Shown: in pieces, positions 44,739 to 53,838 of the stretch | Position numbering within the stretch: the first letter of the stretch is position 1 | How the letters are laid out: every line of letters begins with the position of its first letter | Assembly (NCBI GenBank): GCA_963836185.1 | Contig: CAWIIQ010000001.1 | Span: 1,184,001 to 1,248,000, forward strand | Source: Candidatus Krumholzibacteriia bacterium | GTDB lineage: Bacteria > Krumholzibacteriota > Krumholzibacteriia > Krumholzibacteriales > Krumholzibacteriaceae | Length of the DNA stretch: 64,000 bases | Direction of reading: 5' to 3' | Notes under the pieces: model-generated | Seen by the model: the letters and a program-made list of their open reading frames with translations, nothing else | Database searches by the model: none | What the model was told of the DNA's origin: nothing | Program-made: the position numbers and the translations under genes

Positions 44739-45082
44739 ACCTGTATATTCCGCACATCCGATCGATTCCAGTCATCGTCGCGTATTAATGGTCCAGGCCG
44801 GTCTTTTTGATTTATTTTTATAATAATCGGAGACCGTCCGGCGCCACGATGCGGTCATTTCGACATCCGTCGGCCAGAATGGTTTCCATGAACAATTTCA
44901 TTGTCATTTCAAGATGTTGCCCGGCAACGTATTATGGGTGGCCCACGGGATGTGTAAAGAGTCTTTATCCCGAGTGTATTCCCGCTGCGGGACGTAAGAT
45001 TTAGCGCAAAAGTACTGCTTTGTAACAGATTGAATATGAATGCGTTGCGGTGCATTCGCGCAGACCGGCCGATGCTCCGTTT

Positions 45083-45098
45083 TGGAACGGTGCTTGCC
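45083..45098 (+). promoter_or_regulatory. Sigma-54 (-24/-12) promoter facing a non-coding region
   Basis: TGGAACGGTGCTTGCC with GG 45084-85 and GC 45096-97. Confidence 0.65.
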
Positions 45099-45108
45099 TT
45101 TACATATA

Positions 45109-45419
45109 ACCGGTATCGGTTGGCGAATGGGAAGTGGCAAAACCGGAGAGATGCAGAGATTTCGATCCCATAAGCTCTCTTATGAAGCTTGAAATAGGGT
45201 ACAGGTGGGGTCTCTAGGGAATGAAATCTCAAACATCTCTCCGGTAATTTTATATCCGTAAATACCCCTATTATATAATTTAAACTTGACTCTGAGTACC
45301 CCAGAACATTTATACTTAATATTGTCAGGGGTGTAAGATACCTAAGGAATGGCGAGATCCATAGGAATGCGAGTATGGACATCCCCTCCGGTGCTCGCGT
45401 CTTGTGCCCCTGACTTTTT
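45109..45419 (+). ncRNA. Candidate structured non-coding RNA(s): two long hairpins ending in a U-tract
   Basis: Stems 45142-45153/45234-45245, 45156-45163/45223-45230 and 45324-45339/45399-45414, then TTTTT. No credible plus-strand ORF. Confidence 0.5.
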
Positions 45420-45795
45420 CTATCCACGACATTTTCTGAGATAAAGGCGAAGCTGGACCGGCAACCGGTCTGTGCGCAATCGAAGTGCGTGCGGTCCATA
45501 GTAAAGTCTATCCATCTGACCGGACCACGTGATCGACCCTCACAGTCGTCATCAAACCTGTTCCCTTCTGTCCGGTTTCGCCGAGGCGGACGCAATTACT
45601 AAAGTCGTGATCTTGTCCCTTTTCGGGGACGTTTGTGTGGAATAGATACGACAATTCCCGGTGGTGCGTGGGCAGGCGTTGTGCTTTCGGGGAGCAGGCA
45701 CACCGCCCGCCGGCGATTTTTAAAGACCTGCATCTAAATACCTTCCACGATCAATCAAGCATATATCACTACGCATCCGAGGCATCGTACGGAGG

Positions 45796-45811
45796 TGGCA
45801 CGCCAGTTGCG
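45796..45811 (+). promoter_or_regulatory. Sigma-54 (-24/-12) promoter, near-consensus
   Basis: TGGCACGCCAGTTGCG versus consensus TGGCACGNNNNTTGCW. Confidence 0.85.
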
Positions 45812-45824
45812 TTTATATATCGAC

Positions 45825-46814
45825 ATGATGAGAGCAGGAAGCGCACATAAAGCATCACAGGTTTTGACAGCGATTCTGATTGCCGGATTTTTGTTCATTT
45901 CCTCCTGTTCAACGGAGGAACAGATCGTGTACGTGCCGATGGAGGTCCCAGCGGATTGTCCTCCATCGGCACCTCGCGGTGTCTACGCGATCAACCTGGA
46001 TGGCTATGTGCAGATACGCTGGATTCCGAACCCCGAGGACGACATCGCGGGTTACGACATATGGAAGAATGACGAGCTCTATGGGACGTATGAGTGGGTC
46101 GATTATGTGCTGGTAGAGGATCCTGAACCTTTCGAATACTACTTTGAGCACGACACTCCGAACGGCCAGAAGTCCTATTACGCGGTATCCGCTTACGACG
46201 TGAATGATAACATGAGCGAGCTGAGCTACGAGGACGTCAGCGCGACGCCGAGGCCGGAAGGATTTCTCACACTTTATGACGAGTCGGTCGAAGCCGATTC
46301 CTGCGGTTACGATTTCTCTTCGCAGAGTAACATCGCGCAGGACTGCTCGCTTCCGACGACAGACATCATGTTTGATACGACCGGCGGGGTCAACCGGTTC
46401 GTGGTCAACATGCCGATCGTCATGATCCAGGATTACGGTTATACATCCAGTTTCGATGATATCAATATCGCTCCCGAGTCCGGCTGGTCCGATGCAGGGC
46501 TGGCCGAAGTCATCGATAACCATTGCTACATAATCAGGATCGGCGAGTCCGACGGCCTGCACTATGTGAAGCTCTGGGTACACACGATTGGGGGCGGTTA
46601 TGTAGATTTCTGGTGGGCATATCAGACGGATCCCGGCAATACGGATCTGATGGAGTCCGCTGGAACCGATGAGTTAACATCCGGTCCGGCAGAGACCGGT
46701 GGAATAAAGGTCATGAACGGTTTTCCAAAAGGTCGACAAGTCCCCCCGACGCTTACAAGCTCGGGTAAACAGGACGATGACAGAATCCTGCAGCGGCAGA
46801 ACACCTTACCTTAA
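45825..46814 (+). CDS. Lipoprotein with FN3-like domain (start uncertain)
   Basis: Lipobox 'ISSC'. FN3 pattern 'PPSAPRGV...W.PN.E.DIAGY.IW...YYAVSAYD...SELS'. Confidence 0.8.
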   Translation: MMRAGSAHKASQVLTAILIAGFLFISSCSTEEQIVYVPMEVPADCPPSAPRGVYAINLDGYVQIRWIPNPEDDIAGYDIWKNDELYGTYEWVDYVLVEDPEPFEYYFEHDTPNGQKSYYAVSAYDVNDNMSELSYEDVSATPRPEGFLTLYDESVEADSCGYDFSSQSNIAQDCSLPTTDIMFDTTGGVNRFVVNMPIVMIQDYGYTSSFDDINIAPESGWSDAGLAEVIDNHCYIIRIGESDGLHYVKLWVHTIGGGYVDFWWAYQTDPGNTDLMESAGTDELTSGPAETGGIKVMNGFPKGRQVPPTLTSSGKQDDDRILQRQNTLP

Positions 46815-46859
46815 GCTGGCACTTAAATAAGGTTTCCGTTACCCGGAAGGTCGACCGAA

Positions 46860-46926
46860 GGGGAGAGTGAAGAAAGCGATTGCTGAACAGGGGCGGCAAG
46901 AGATCTTCACTCTCCCCGACTTTTTT
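46860..46926 (+). terminator. Long hairpin with U-tract between the lipoprotein and M6-like genes
   Basis: Perfect 14 bp stem GGGGAGAGTGAAGA/TCTTCACTCTCCCC, inner stem TTGCTG/CGGCAA, then TTTTTT. Confidence 0.65.
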
Positions 46927-46981
46927 ATCAGCCCGCATTTGACTTGATGAGTCCCGGACATCAACTTATTATTCGTCAGAC

Positions 46982-49900
46982 ATGCGTATACCTGTTTCGT
47001 TCATAAGGATCACCACCGCCGCTATAGCGGCGGCAGCTTTTTACGGAGCCTTGGCCCCGGTACAGGGAGCCTTTGCCTATGGACCTGAGATGAACAGCAT
47101 TCCGCGCATGCCGAAGGGCCGGCCGGCCGGTGTTTACCAGCAGCAGGCGATATCCGGCCTCCTTGCCGGCAGTTTCGACGCGCCGGATACCCTTGAGCTT
47201 CTTGTAATACGTGTAGCCTTCTCCGATATGGATTTTACATCTCCTCCTCACGATTCGCTCTATTTCGCCAACGAGATGAGGCACACCTGGGAGTATTTCA
47301 GGGGAGCATCCATCGGGGCGTTCGGCCTTGGCTGGAAGATAGCGGCAGGCGTCACAACGCTCAGTTTCGAAGCGGCATACTACGGTGATGATGACCTGTG
47401 GGAGGAGAGGGTATCGGAGATCCTCATGGAGGTGGTTGCGGAGAATGACGACGAGATAGATTTCTCGCGATTCGACGCTTTTGCCATTATCCATCCGGGA
47501 GCCGGCCAGGAGACCGACTTCTCGGGCGATTCTCCCTGGCAGCTCTGGTCGGGCTTTATCGATCCGGTCGAGATGGATGCTGTGCTGGCCGATACACTTG
47601 GGACCCCGGGGGTGCCCACGAACGATCTCATCGCCGGAGATACATTTTACGTCGACAACGTGATGGTCCTGCCGGAGAACGCCTCGCAGGACGGATTAAC
47701 ATTCGGCTCTCTCGGGATCTACGCCTATCAGGTCGGAATGCGTCTCGGATTGATCCCGATGTACGACACGACACCGTCGGGTTATCCCGATTCACAGGGG
47801 ATAGGAGCGTTCGGCCTGATGGGGTACGGCCTGTACAATGCTTCAGGCTTTATACCGGCTTTTCCCTGCGCGTTCCATCGATACCTGATGGGATGGACGG
47901 AGCCGGTGACTATAGATGCTGACGGCAGTGTCGATGTGGTTGATATAAACTCGTCGATGCCGGCGGATACATCGCTGGTAAGGATAGAGATCAGCCCTAC
48001 CGAATATTTTCTCATCTCGAACAGGGTGCACGATAAAAACATGAACGGCCGTTTCGATTTCGGCGATGTGAACGGCGACGGCATCCCCGCTAACGAGGAC
48101 ACTCTTCTAGGTGCCGAATTTGATTTCTTTCTCACCGCGACGACAAACCCTTTCCACTACGAGGATATCAGCGGCGAGCAGGTCAAGGTAGTCGATACCG
48201 GAAGCGGTATCATGATCTGGCATATCGATGAGACTATTATCAGGAACCAGCTCGGCATAGGGCGCTACCCCAACGACAATCCGGGAATCAGCGGCGTCGA
48301 CCTCGAGGAAGCGGACGGCGTACAGGACCTCGACCGTCCGGGCGGGAGCTATGCCTTCGGCGGCTGGGGGGATTCATACAGGGACGGCTGGTACACCGAG
48401 TTCGGGCCGGAGACGATACCGGCGAGCCTCAGCAACACTGGAACTCCGACAGGCCTGACCCTGTCGACCGATTCGCTTCCGGGCCCGGTGATGAACATCT
48501 CTATCGAGTCGGGAGAGGAACTTCCCCGTGTTACGGGCGAGATCGACGGGACAGTGATGAACCTTTCCCCGGTCGTTGCCCAGCTGGATGGCGACGTAGA
48601 ATATGAGCTCATACAGGCTGCCGATACAGGCAGGATATATATCGCGTGGGATGCCGGTGCCCAGGCGTGGGACGGCTCTTTTGATCTGGTCGTGGATATA
48701 CCGGGAGCCGCGTGGTCGGGTACGCCTGTCGCGGCGGAGCTCGATGGAACTCCTCCGATGGAGATCCTTGCGGGATCGCGCGACGGCAGGATACATGCTT
48801 ACCGGACTGACGGCTCTCCGTATCCGATCGATACCGGACCTTCACCCGGCTCGCTTGAGGTAAAGGGCGAGATCGTCAGTATGCCGATAGCTTTCGAGGC
48901 AGATGGAGATCCCGGTCTGGAGGTAGCGTTTCTCGTCTCTGATGGTGATACATCATGGATGTATCTCGTCGGCCATGCTGATGCGAATGATCTGGACGGT
49001 TTCATCGCTGGCGATGGGGTGTTTGGCGCGCTCATCAGCCCCAGCAGGGTGATCGCTCATCCGGTCCTCTGCGTCGATGATGCCGGCGCCGGCTCAGGCG
49101 GATTCTGTACCGCGGTGACTGATCCTGATGGTCATCTGAGCTTTATGCATATCGAGATGATGTACGGTCCCCCGGGAATGAGCCTCACTTCATGGAGCAT
49201 GACAGGGACTTACGGACTGGAAGATCTGCTGCAGCCCGCTTCGGGAGATATCGACGGAAACGGGACGGATGATGTCATCCTCGCGATTCCGGATGGGGAT
49301 ATCTTCTATATCGATATATCGAGAGGTATTGAGACTTCATCGATCACTCTGGAAAGGCCATCTTCGCCATCTCTCGCCGACATCAACGGCGACGGCACGC
49401 TTGAGACACTCATACGCGATCGCGGCCGCCTCTTTCTTCTGACTGGATTCGGCACCCTGGTATCCGGATGGCCCCTGCAGCTCGAAGAGTATCTCGTGAA
49501 TGTAGAACCCGATACTACCCCTGCCCAGCCGGTGGCGGCCGATGTGGACGGGGACGGGGAACTGGAGGCAGTCTTCAATGTCGCCGGCGAACTGAGGGCG
49601 TATCGATATGACACCAGGCTCGAGCAGGGATGGCCCATAAGGGGAGAAGGGGACCATTCGATCTCTCCTGCCTTTTCACCGGGGGCGGGCTCGAAGATGT
49701 TCATATACACCTCTGGCGGTTCAGGCGGGATAGCCGGGGCCGATCAGACAGGAATGGTTTTCTTTCCCGGAGTCTCGACGGTCTCAAGGATCGATCCGGG
49801 AATCGTGTGGGAAGCCGCGGGAGCCTGGCCGGCATACCGTCTGAATGCGTTCGGCACAGCCAGGCAGGCAATGTCCGGGGGCGATGTCCAGGGCGGGCCT

Positions 49901-50188
49901 CTGGTCGACGGGAACTCGATGATCTGCTATCCGAATCCCGCGACAGGTTATTCTTTCAATCTCCGCCTTAATGTCTCGGAAAAGGCCGATGTGACTGTCA
50001 GGCTGTTCAATCTCGAAGGGACGGAGGTCTATTCCTCCACAGCGACGCATGAGTGGAGCGGCGACGTGCCGTTCGAGACTGCGGTCCCGGTCGGCGGACT
50101 GGCAAGCGGTATATATCTCTGCCATGTGAGGGTACAGGGCGGGGGCGAGGACTGGAGCGGTTCGAGAAAGGTCGCGATAATAAGGTAG
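46982..50188 (+). CDS. M6 (immune inhibitor A)-like protein with FG-GAP repeats and T9SS/FlgD-like C-terminal domain; zinc motif degenerate
   Basis: 'LLVIRVAFSD', 'IIHPGAGQE', 'IGAFGLMGYG', 'GIMIWHIDE', 'VDLEEADG', DxDGDG repeats, 'YPNP...LASGIY...KVAIIR'. Confidence 0.8.
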   Translation: MRIPVSFIRITTAAIAAAAFYGALAPVQGAFAYGPEMNSIPRMPKGRPAGVYQQQAISGLLAGSFDAPDTLELLVIRVAFSDMDFTSPPHDSLYFANEMRHTWEYFRGASIGAFGLGWKIAAGVTTLSFEAAYYGDDDLWEERVSEILMEVVAENDDEIDFSRFDAFAIIHPGAGQETDFSGDSPWQLWSGFIDPVEMDAVLADTLGTPGVPTNDLIAGDTFYVDNVMVLPENASQDGLTFGSLGIYAYQVGMRLGLIPMYDTTPSGYPDSQGIGAFGLMGYGLYNASGFIPAFPCAFHRYLMGWTEPVTIDADGSVDVVDINSSMPADTSLVRIEISPTEYFLISNRVHDKNMNGRFDFGDVNGDGIPANEDTLLGAEFDFFLTATTNPFHYEDISGEQVKVVDTGSGIMIWHIDETIIRNQLGIGRYPNDNPGISGVDLEEADGVQDLDRPGGSYAFGGWGDSYRDGWYTEFGPETIPASLSNTGTPTGLTLSTDSLPGPVMNISIESGEELPRVTGEIDGTVMNLSPVVAQLDGDVEYELIQAADTGRIYIAWDAGAQAWDGSFDLVVDIPGAAWSGTPVAAELDGTPPMEILAGSRDGRIHAYRTDGSPYPIDTGPSPGSLEVKGEIVSMPIAFEADGDPGLEVAFLVSDGDTSWMYLVGHADANDLDGFIAGDGVFGALISPSRVIAHPVLCVDDAGAGSGGFCTAVTDPDGHLSFMHIEMMYGPPGMSLTSWSMTGTYGLEDLLQPASGDIDGNGTDDVILAIPDGDIFYIDISRGIETSSITLERPSSPSLADINGDGTLETLIRDRGRLFLLTGFGTLVSGWPLQLEEYLVNVEPDTTPAQPVAADVDGDGELEAVFNVAGELRAYRYDTRLEQGWPIRGEGDHSISPAFSPGAGSKMFIYTSGGSGGIAGADQTGMVFFPGVSTVSRIDPGIVWEAAGAWPAYRLNAFGTARQAMSGGDVQGGPLVDGNSMICYPNPATGYSFNLRLNVSEKADVTVRLFNLEGTEVYSSTATHEWSGDVPFETAVPVGGLASGIYLCHVRVQGGGEDWSGSRKVAIIR

Positions 50189-50323
50189 GATACTGATACA
50201 GGAGAATAGATGCCCCGGCCGGCTCCCGAAGCAGACGCCGGCATTAAAGCCCACGGGTGTTGATGTTGACCCGGGAGGCTTTATTTACTACAATATATGG
50301 AGATGGCTATGAATGGAGGAAAG

Positions 50324-51244
50324 ATGTCCCGCAAAATGGTTCTGCTGGCCGCAGCAGTATTGATGACTATGACGACTTATGCCTCGGCTGGCGAACCGGG
50401 CTCATCCGGCTTCACGTTTCTCAGGCTTGGAAACGGAGCGAGGGCCGGTGGTATGGGTGAGGCCTTTACCGCCGTAGCGGACGACGCGACCAGCATCTAC
50501 TGGAACCCCGCAGGTATGGTGGGCGTCGAGGAAGTCGAGCTGAACCTTACGCACAACGAGTGGCTGATGGATATAAGGTTCGAGCAGATCACCGTAGTGA
50601 ACGAGATGTGGGGCGGTGCCGCGGGACTCAGTTTTACAGGCCTCTATTACGGCAGCATCGACAGGTACGGCGAGTACCCGTCGCTGACACCTGACGGCAC
50701 TTTCTCGCCATACGACATGGCGCTCTCGCTCGGATATGCCAGGGATATCATTCCAAATCTCGCATTAGGAGCGGCCTTCAAGATAATATACTCAAAAATC
50801 GATTTCGAATCGGCGACCGGATACGCGTTCGATCTGGGAGTGACGCACAGGTCGAAGATCGAGGGCCTGATCCTCGCGGCATCAATGCTCAACCTCGGCC
50901 CCCAGACCAGCTTTGTCGAAGAGAAATTCTATCCTCCATTCCAGCTGAGGCTGGGCGGCGCCTACGAGATCAGGAAGGAAGCCCTTCACGGCGGCCTGAT
51001 CCTTGCCGCGGACGTAGTCTTCCCCAACGATAACGACGCGAAGGCTCATTTCGGCGTCGAGTACGCATACCAGAAACTGCTGATGGTGAGGTTCGGCTAC
51101 AAGAGCGGGTATGATGTCCAGGGGGCTACAATGGGCGCCGGCATCGCGTGGAAGAGCCTGAGGTTTGATTACGCCTATATGCCGATCGATTTCGAGCTTG
51201 GCGATGCTCACCGGTTCTCGCTGACCGTATCACCTTCGCTCTGA
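50324..51244 (+). CDS. PorV/PorQ-family (FadL-like) outer-membrane protein
   Basis: 'FLRLGNGARAGGMGEAFTAVADDATSIYWNPAG', 'FDYAY...LGDAHRFSL'. Confidence 0.88.
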   Translation: MSRKMVLLAAAVLMTMTTYASAGEPGSSGFTFLRLGNGARAGGMGEAFTAVADDATSIYWNPAGMVGVEEVELNLTHNEWLMDIRFEQITVVNEMWGGAAGLSFTGLYYGSIDRYGEYPSLTPDGTFSPYDMALSLGYARDIIPNLALGAAFKIIYSKIDFESATGYAFDLGVTHRSKIEGLILAASMLNLGPQTSFVEEKFYPPFQLRLGGAYEIRKEALHGGLILAADVVFPNDNDAKAHFGVEYAYQKLLMVRFGYKSGYDVQGATMGAGIAWKSLRFDYAYMPIDFELGDAHRFSLTVSPSL

Positions 51245-51981
51245 TATTTCTCCAGGGTGAAATGTCCACCTTCAAGACGGGCGTAGGAGAAGTGCGTTTC
51301 CCAGTCGCCCAGGATGATAAAAGTCTTCCCGGAGAATTCCTTTATGCGCGGCATATGGACGTGCCCCATGACAAAGGCATCGTTCCCATCGTTGAAGAAA
51401 TTCTCCTCGGCCATTTCAGTCAGCCTGTCGGCGCAGGCCGCAGTCTTTTTATGAGTGAGCCCCTTGCTTGTCCTCGAGAAGGAGGAGGCGAAGGCATAGA
51501 GGAGGTCCGGATGGAAGAGTTTCGCGATGGCCACCACGGGACCGCTCCGTATCAGTGCCTTCAGCGCCTTGTACCCGTAATCACCGGGCAGAATGTTGTC
51601 GCCGTGGGTGATCATCACGCGGCGTCCCTGGATCTCGTGGATCGTCGTCGCGGGGAGGACCTTCACGCCGAGGGTATCGGGGAGGTACGATCCGAACCAG
51701 TGGTCATGGTTGCCGCCCGTGATAAAGATCTCGGTCCCGCTGTCGGCGAGTCCGCCGATAGCCTCGAGGACATCGCCGTAATATCTCGGGATGACGCTTC
51801 GGTACTCGAACCAGAAGTCGAATATATCGCCTGCGAGATAGAGGCGCGACGCGCCCTCTATCGACCTGAGGAACCCGCCAAACAGGTCCCGCTTCCTGGT
51901 CTCGCCAGGGGTGTGCTGCCGTGAACCATGTTTATCATACTTGAAATGTGTGTCTGACAGAAAGTATACTGAATCGCTCAA
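51208..51981 (-). CDS. lpxH: UDP-2,3-diacylglucosamine diphosphatase (LpxH-like metallophosphoesterase)
   Basis: 'FLSDTH', 'GDIFDFWFEY', 'GNHD', 'THGD', 'MGHVH', 'LGDW'. Confidence 0.85.
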   Translation of the reverse strand: MSDSVYFLSDTHFKYDKHGSRQHTPGETRKRDLFGGFLRSIEGASRLYLAGDIFDFWFEYRSVIPRYYGDVLEAIGGLADSGTEIFITGGNHDHWFGSYLPDTLGVKVLPATTIHEIQGRRVMITHGDNILPGDYGYKALKALIRSGPVVAIAKLFHPDLLYAFASSFSRTSKGLTHKKTAACADRLTEMAEENFFNDGNDAFVMGHVHMPRIKEFSGKTFIILGDWETHFSYARLEGGHFTLEKYQSEGDTVSENR

Positions 51982-52088
51982 GCGCAGCTCCCCTGTGAAT
52001 CGAACGGTTTCGAGGGATATATGTCAGAGTAAGTGTAATATTTCAAGAAATTTTACCCCCGGCAGGGGCATGACAGGGAGGATGGATC

Positions 52089-52418
52089 ATGGACGACCTC
52101 TGGAGCAAGGTTAAGAAGAATCTCGTGGAATGGTACGAAACGGCAGCTGACAAGACGGATGAGTATGCCCGTATCGGAAAGAAAAAAGTAGAGATCACAG
52201 GCCTTAACAGGTCGATAGAGAAGCATTTTTCAGAGATGGGCGGAAGGGTCTACGACCTGATCGTTGAGCAGGGCCATCGTGGGAACAAGACAGTCGACGA
52301 CGTGGTCGTCAAGCGTATCGTGGCCGAGGTGAGGGAACTCGAGAGCCAGCTGAAACTGAAGGAAGAAGAGATCGAAACGATAAAGGATGAGAAAAAGCAG
52401 GGCAAAAAAGAAGAATAA
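52089..52418 (+). CDS. Hypothetical coiled-coil protein
   Basis: GGAG upstream; charged helical 109 aa protein. Confidence 0.7.
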   Translation: MDDLWSKVKKNLVEWYETAADKTDEYARIGKKKVEITGLNRSIEKHFSEMGGRVYDLIVEQGHRGNKTVDDVVVKRIVAEVRELESQLKLKEEEIETIKDEKKQGKKEE

Positions 52419-52481
52419 AGGCACTGAAACGCCTTTTTGGGCGGGATAGCGTAAAATATCAAATATAGGTGGAATCAACTA

Positions 52482-52510
52482 TTGACAGGGTCCTGATATT
52501 CGTGTAAACT
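52482..52510 (+). promoter_or_regulatory. Sigma-70-type promoter upstream of the sigA-like gene
   Basis: TTGACA-N17-TAAACT. Confidence 0.7.
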
Positions 52511-52776
52511 GTGTTTCGTATATGGTTTCAGGTGCCTTAGCGAGCCTGGTCGGGCAGCGCGGCACCCATACCTTTTACAGCCCCACCAAAAAAAATAGAA
52601 CAATTCGCCAACTTGTGTGTATACAGAATCAGGAGTAATTAAGAATAGCTCTTGATTACGCAAGGGGGAAAGGAAAAGGGGCAAGGGAAACGGTAAAGGA
52701 GACGGCTGGACAGGGGAGTTTATTCAGGCAGCCGCCTTTACATAACGACTGAATGTGAATACATTTAGTATGGGGA

Positions 52777-53649
52777 GTGAATAGGATGTACCCGGAAGGA
52801 AGAGATAGCGAGTACCTGGGCGAGAAGAGTCTCGATCTCTACCTGAAAGAAATCAACAACACTTCTCTTCTCACTCGAGAAGAGGAAAGAGATCTTGCTG
52901 AAAGAATCAGGGAGGGACAAGAGGAAGCGCTTCACGCTCTGGTAAAGGCGAACCTGAGATTCGTAGTATCCATAGCGAAGCAGTATGTCAACCAGGGCCT
53001 GTCCCTTGCGGACCTCATTAACGAGGGAAACATGGGGCTTATCAAGGCAGCCCACAGGTTTGACGAGAAGAGAGGCTTCAAGTTCATCTCCTATGCAGTA
53101 TGGTGGATCAGGCAGGCAATGCTCCAGGCTCTGGCCGAGCAGTCCCGTATAGTACGTCTGCCGCTGAACCGTGCCGGCACCCTTTACAGGATCGGCAAGG
53201 TTTCCAGGCAGCTCGACCAGGAACTCGGGAGGACGCCCGAGGTCGAGGAGATCGCGGAGAAGCTCAACCTGTCCAAGGAAGAGGTCAGGGATACGATGCA
53301 GATAGCGAACAGCCATCTGTCCCTCGACGCGTCCTTCAATAATGACCAGGAAGAGAATTCTCTCGTCGATTATCTTGCCGACGATACGCAGGCGCCGCCT
53401 GATGAGATGACGTATTCCAATGCCCTGAGCGATGATATGCAGAAAGCCCTGAGCACCCTTACCGACAGGGAACAGATCATTCTGGGCCTGTACTTCGGGC
53501 TTGAGGGCGAAGAGCCTCTCACACTCGAGGAAATAGGGCAGAAAATGAGCCTGACGAGGGAAAGGATCCGTCAGATCAAGGAAAAGGCGATTCTGAGGCT
53601 GAGGCACAGCACCAGGAGTAAATATCTCCAGGGATACGTAGAAAGCTAG
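52777..53649 (+). CDS. sigA: RpoD/SigA-family sigma factor lacking region 1.1
   Basis: 'LDLYLKEI', 'ANLRFVVSIAKQY', 'DLINEGNMGL', 'GFKFISYAVWWIRQ', 'TLEEIG...LTRERIRQI'. Confidence 0.9.
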   Translation: MNRMYPEGRDSEYLGEKSLDLYLKEINNTSLLTREEERDLAERIREGQEEALHALVKANLRFVVSIAKQYVNQGLSLADLINEGNMGLIKAAHRFDEKRGFKFISYAVWWIRQAMLQALAEQSRIVRLPLNRAGTLYRIGKVSRQLDQELGRTPEVEEIAEKLNLSKEEVRDTMQIANSHLSLDASFNNDQEENSLVDYLADDTQAPPDEMTYSNALSDDMQKALSTLTDREQIILGLYFGLEGEEPLTLEEIGQKMSLTRERIRQIKEKAILRLRHSTRSKYLQGYVES

Positions 53650-53678
53650 ACGTATCAACAAGATAGATGAGTACCCGA

Positions 53679-53718
53679 GGTGGGGAGGAGTCGTGAGACC
53701 CCTCCCCGCCCTTTTTTT
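53679..53718 (+). terminator. Rho-independent terminator after the sigma gene
   Basis: GGTGGGGAGG/CCTCCCCGCC stem followed by T7. Confidence 0.85.
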
Positions 53719-53730
53719 ATGTGTGCCTGG

Positions 53731-53746
53731 TGGTACGTGATTTGCA
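53731..53746 (+). promoter_or_regulatory. Sigma-54 (-24/-12) promoter
   Basis: TGGTACGTGATTTGCA, GG-N10-GC. Confidence 0.7.
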
Positions 53747-53838
53747 GAAAAAAGGGCGGTAAATACTCCTTGACAGGGAGTAGGCTCGAACGTAGGTTCT
53801 GGTATCAACGGGAATCATTTAACGCTTCGACCGGAAAA

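Noticed and set aside
45058-45475. Imperfect inverted repeat GCGCAGACCGG/CCGGTCTGTGC as an invertible switch or MITE ends
   Set aside because: Only 11 bp with a mismatch, no recombinase nearby, and no target duplication.
44909-45595. 228 aa minus-strand ORF across the non-coding region
   Set aside because: TTG start with no RBS, Arg/Ser-rich composition and no recognisable motif. It overlaps plus-strand promoter and G-U-containing stems. Its length is notable, so it is not fully excluded.
45100-45780. Identity as RNase P RNA, tmRNA, SRP RNA or a group II intron
   Set aside because: No GAGGAAAGTCC (RNase P), no tRNA-like ends (tmRNA), wrong CAGG...AGCAG spacing for SRP, and no domain V motif.
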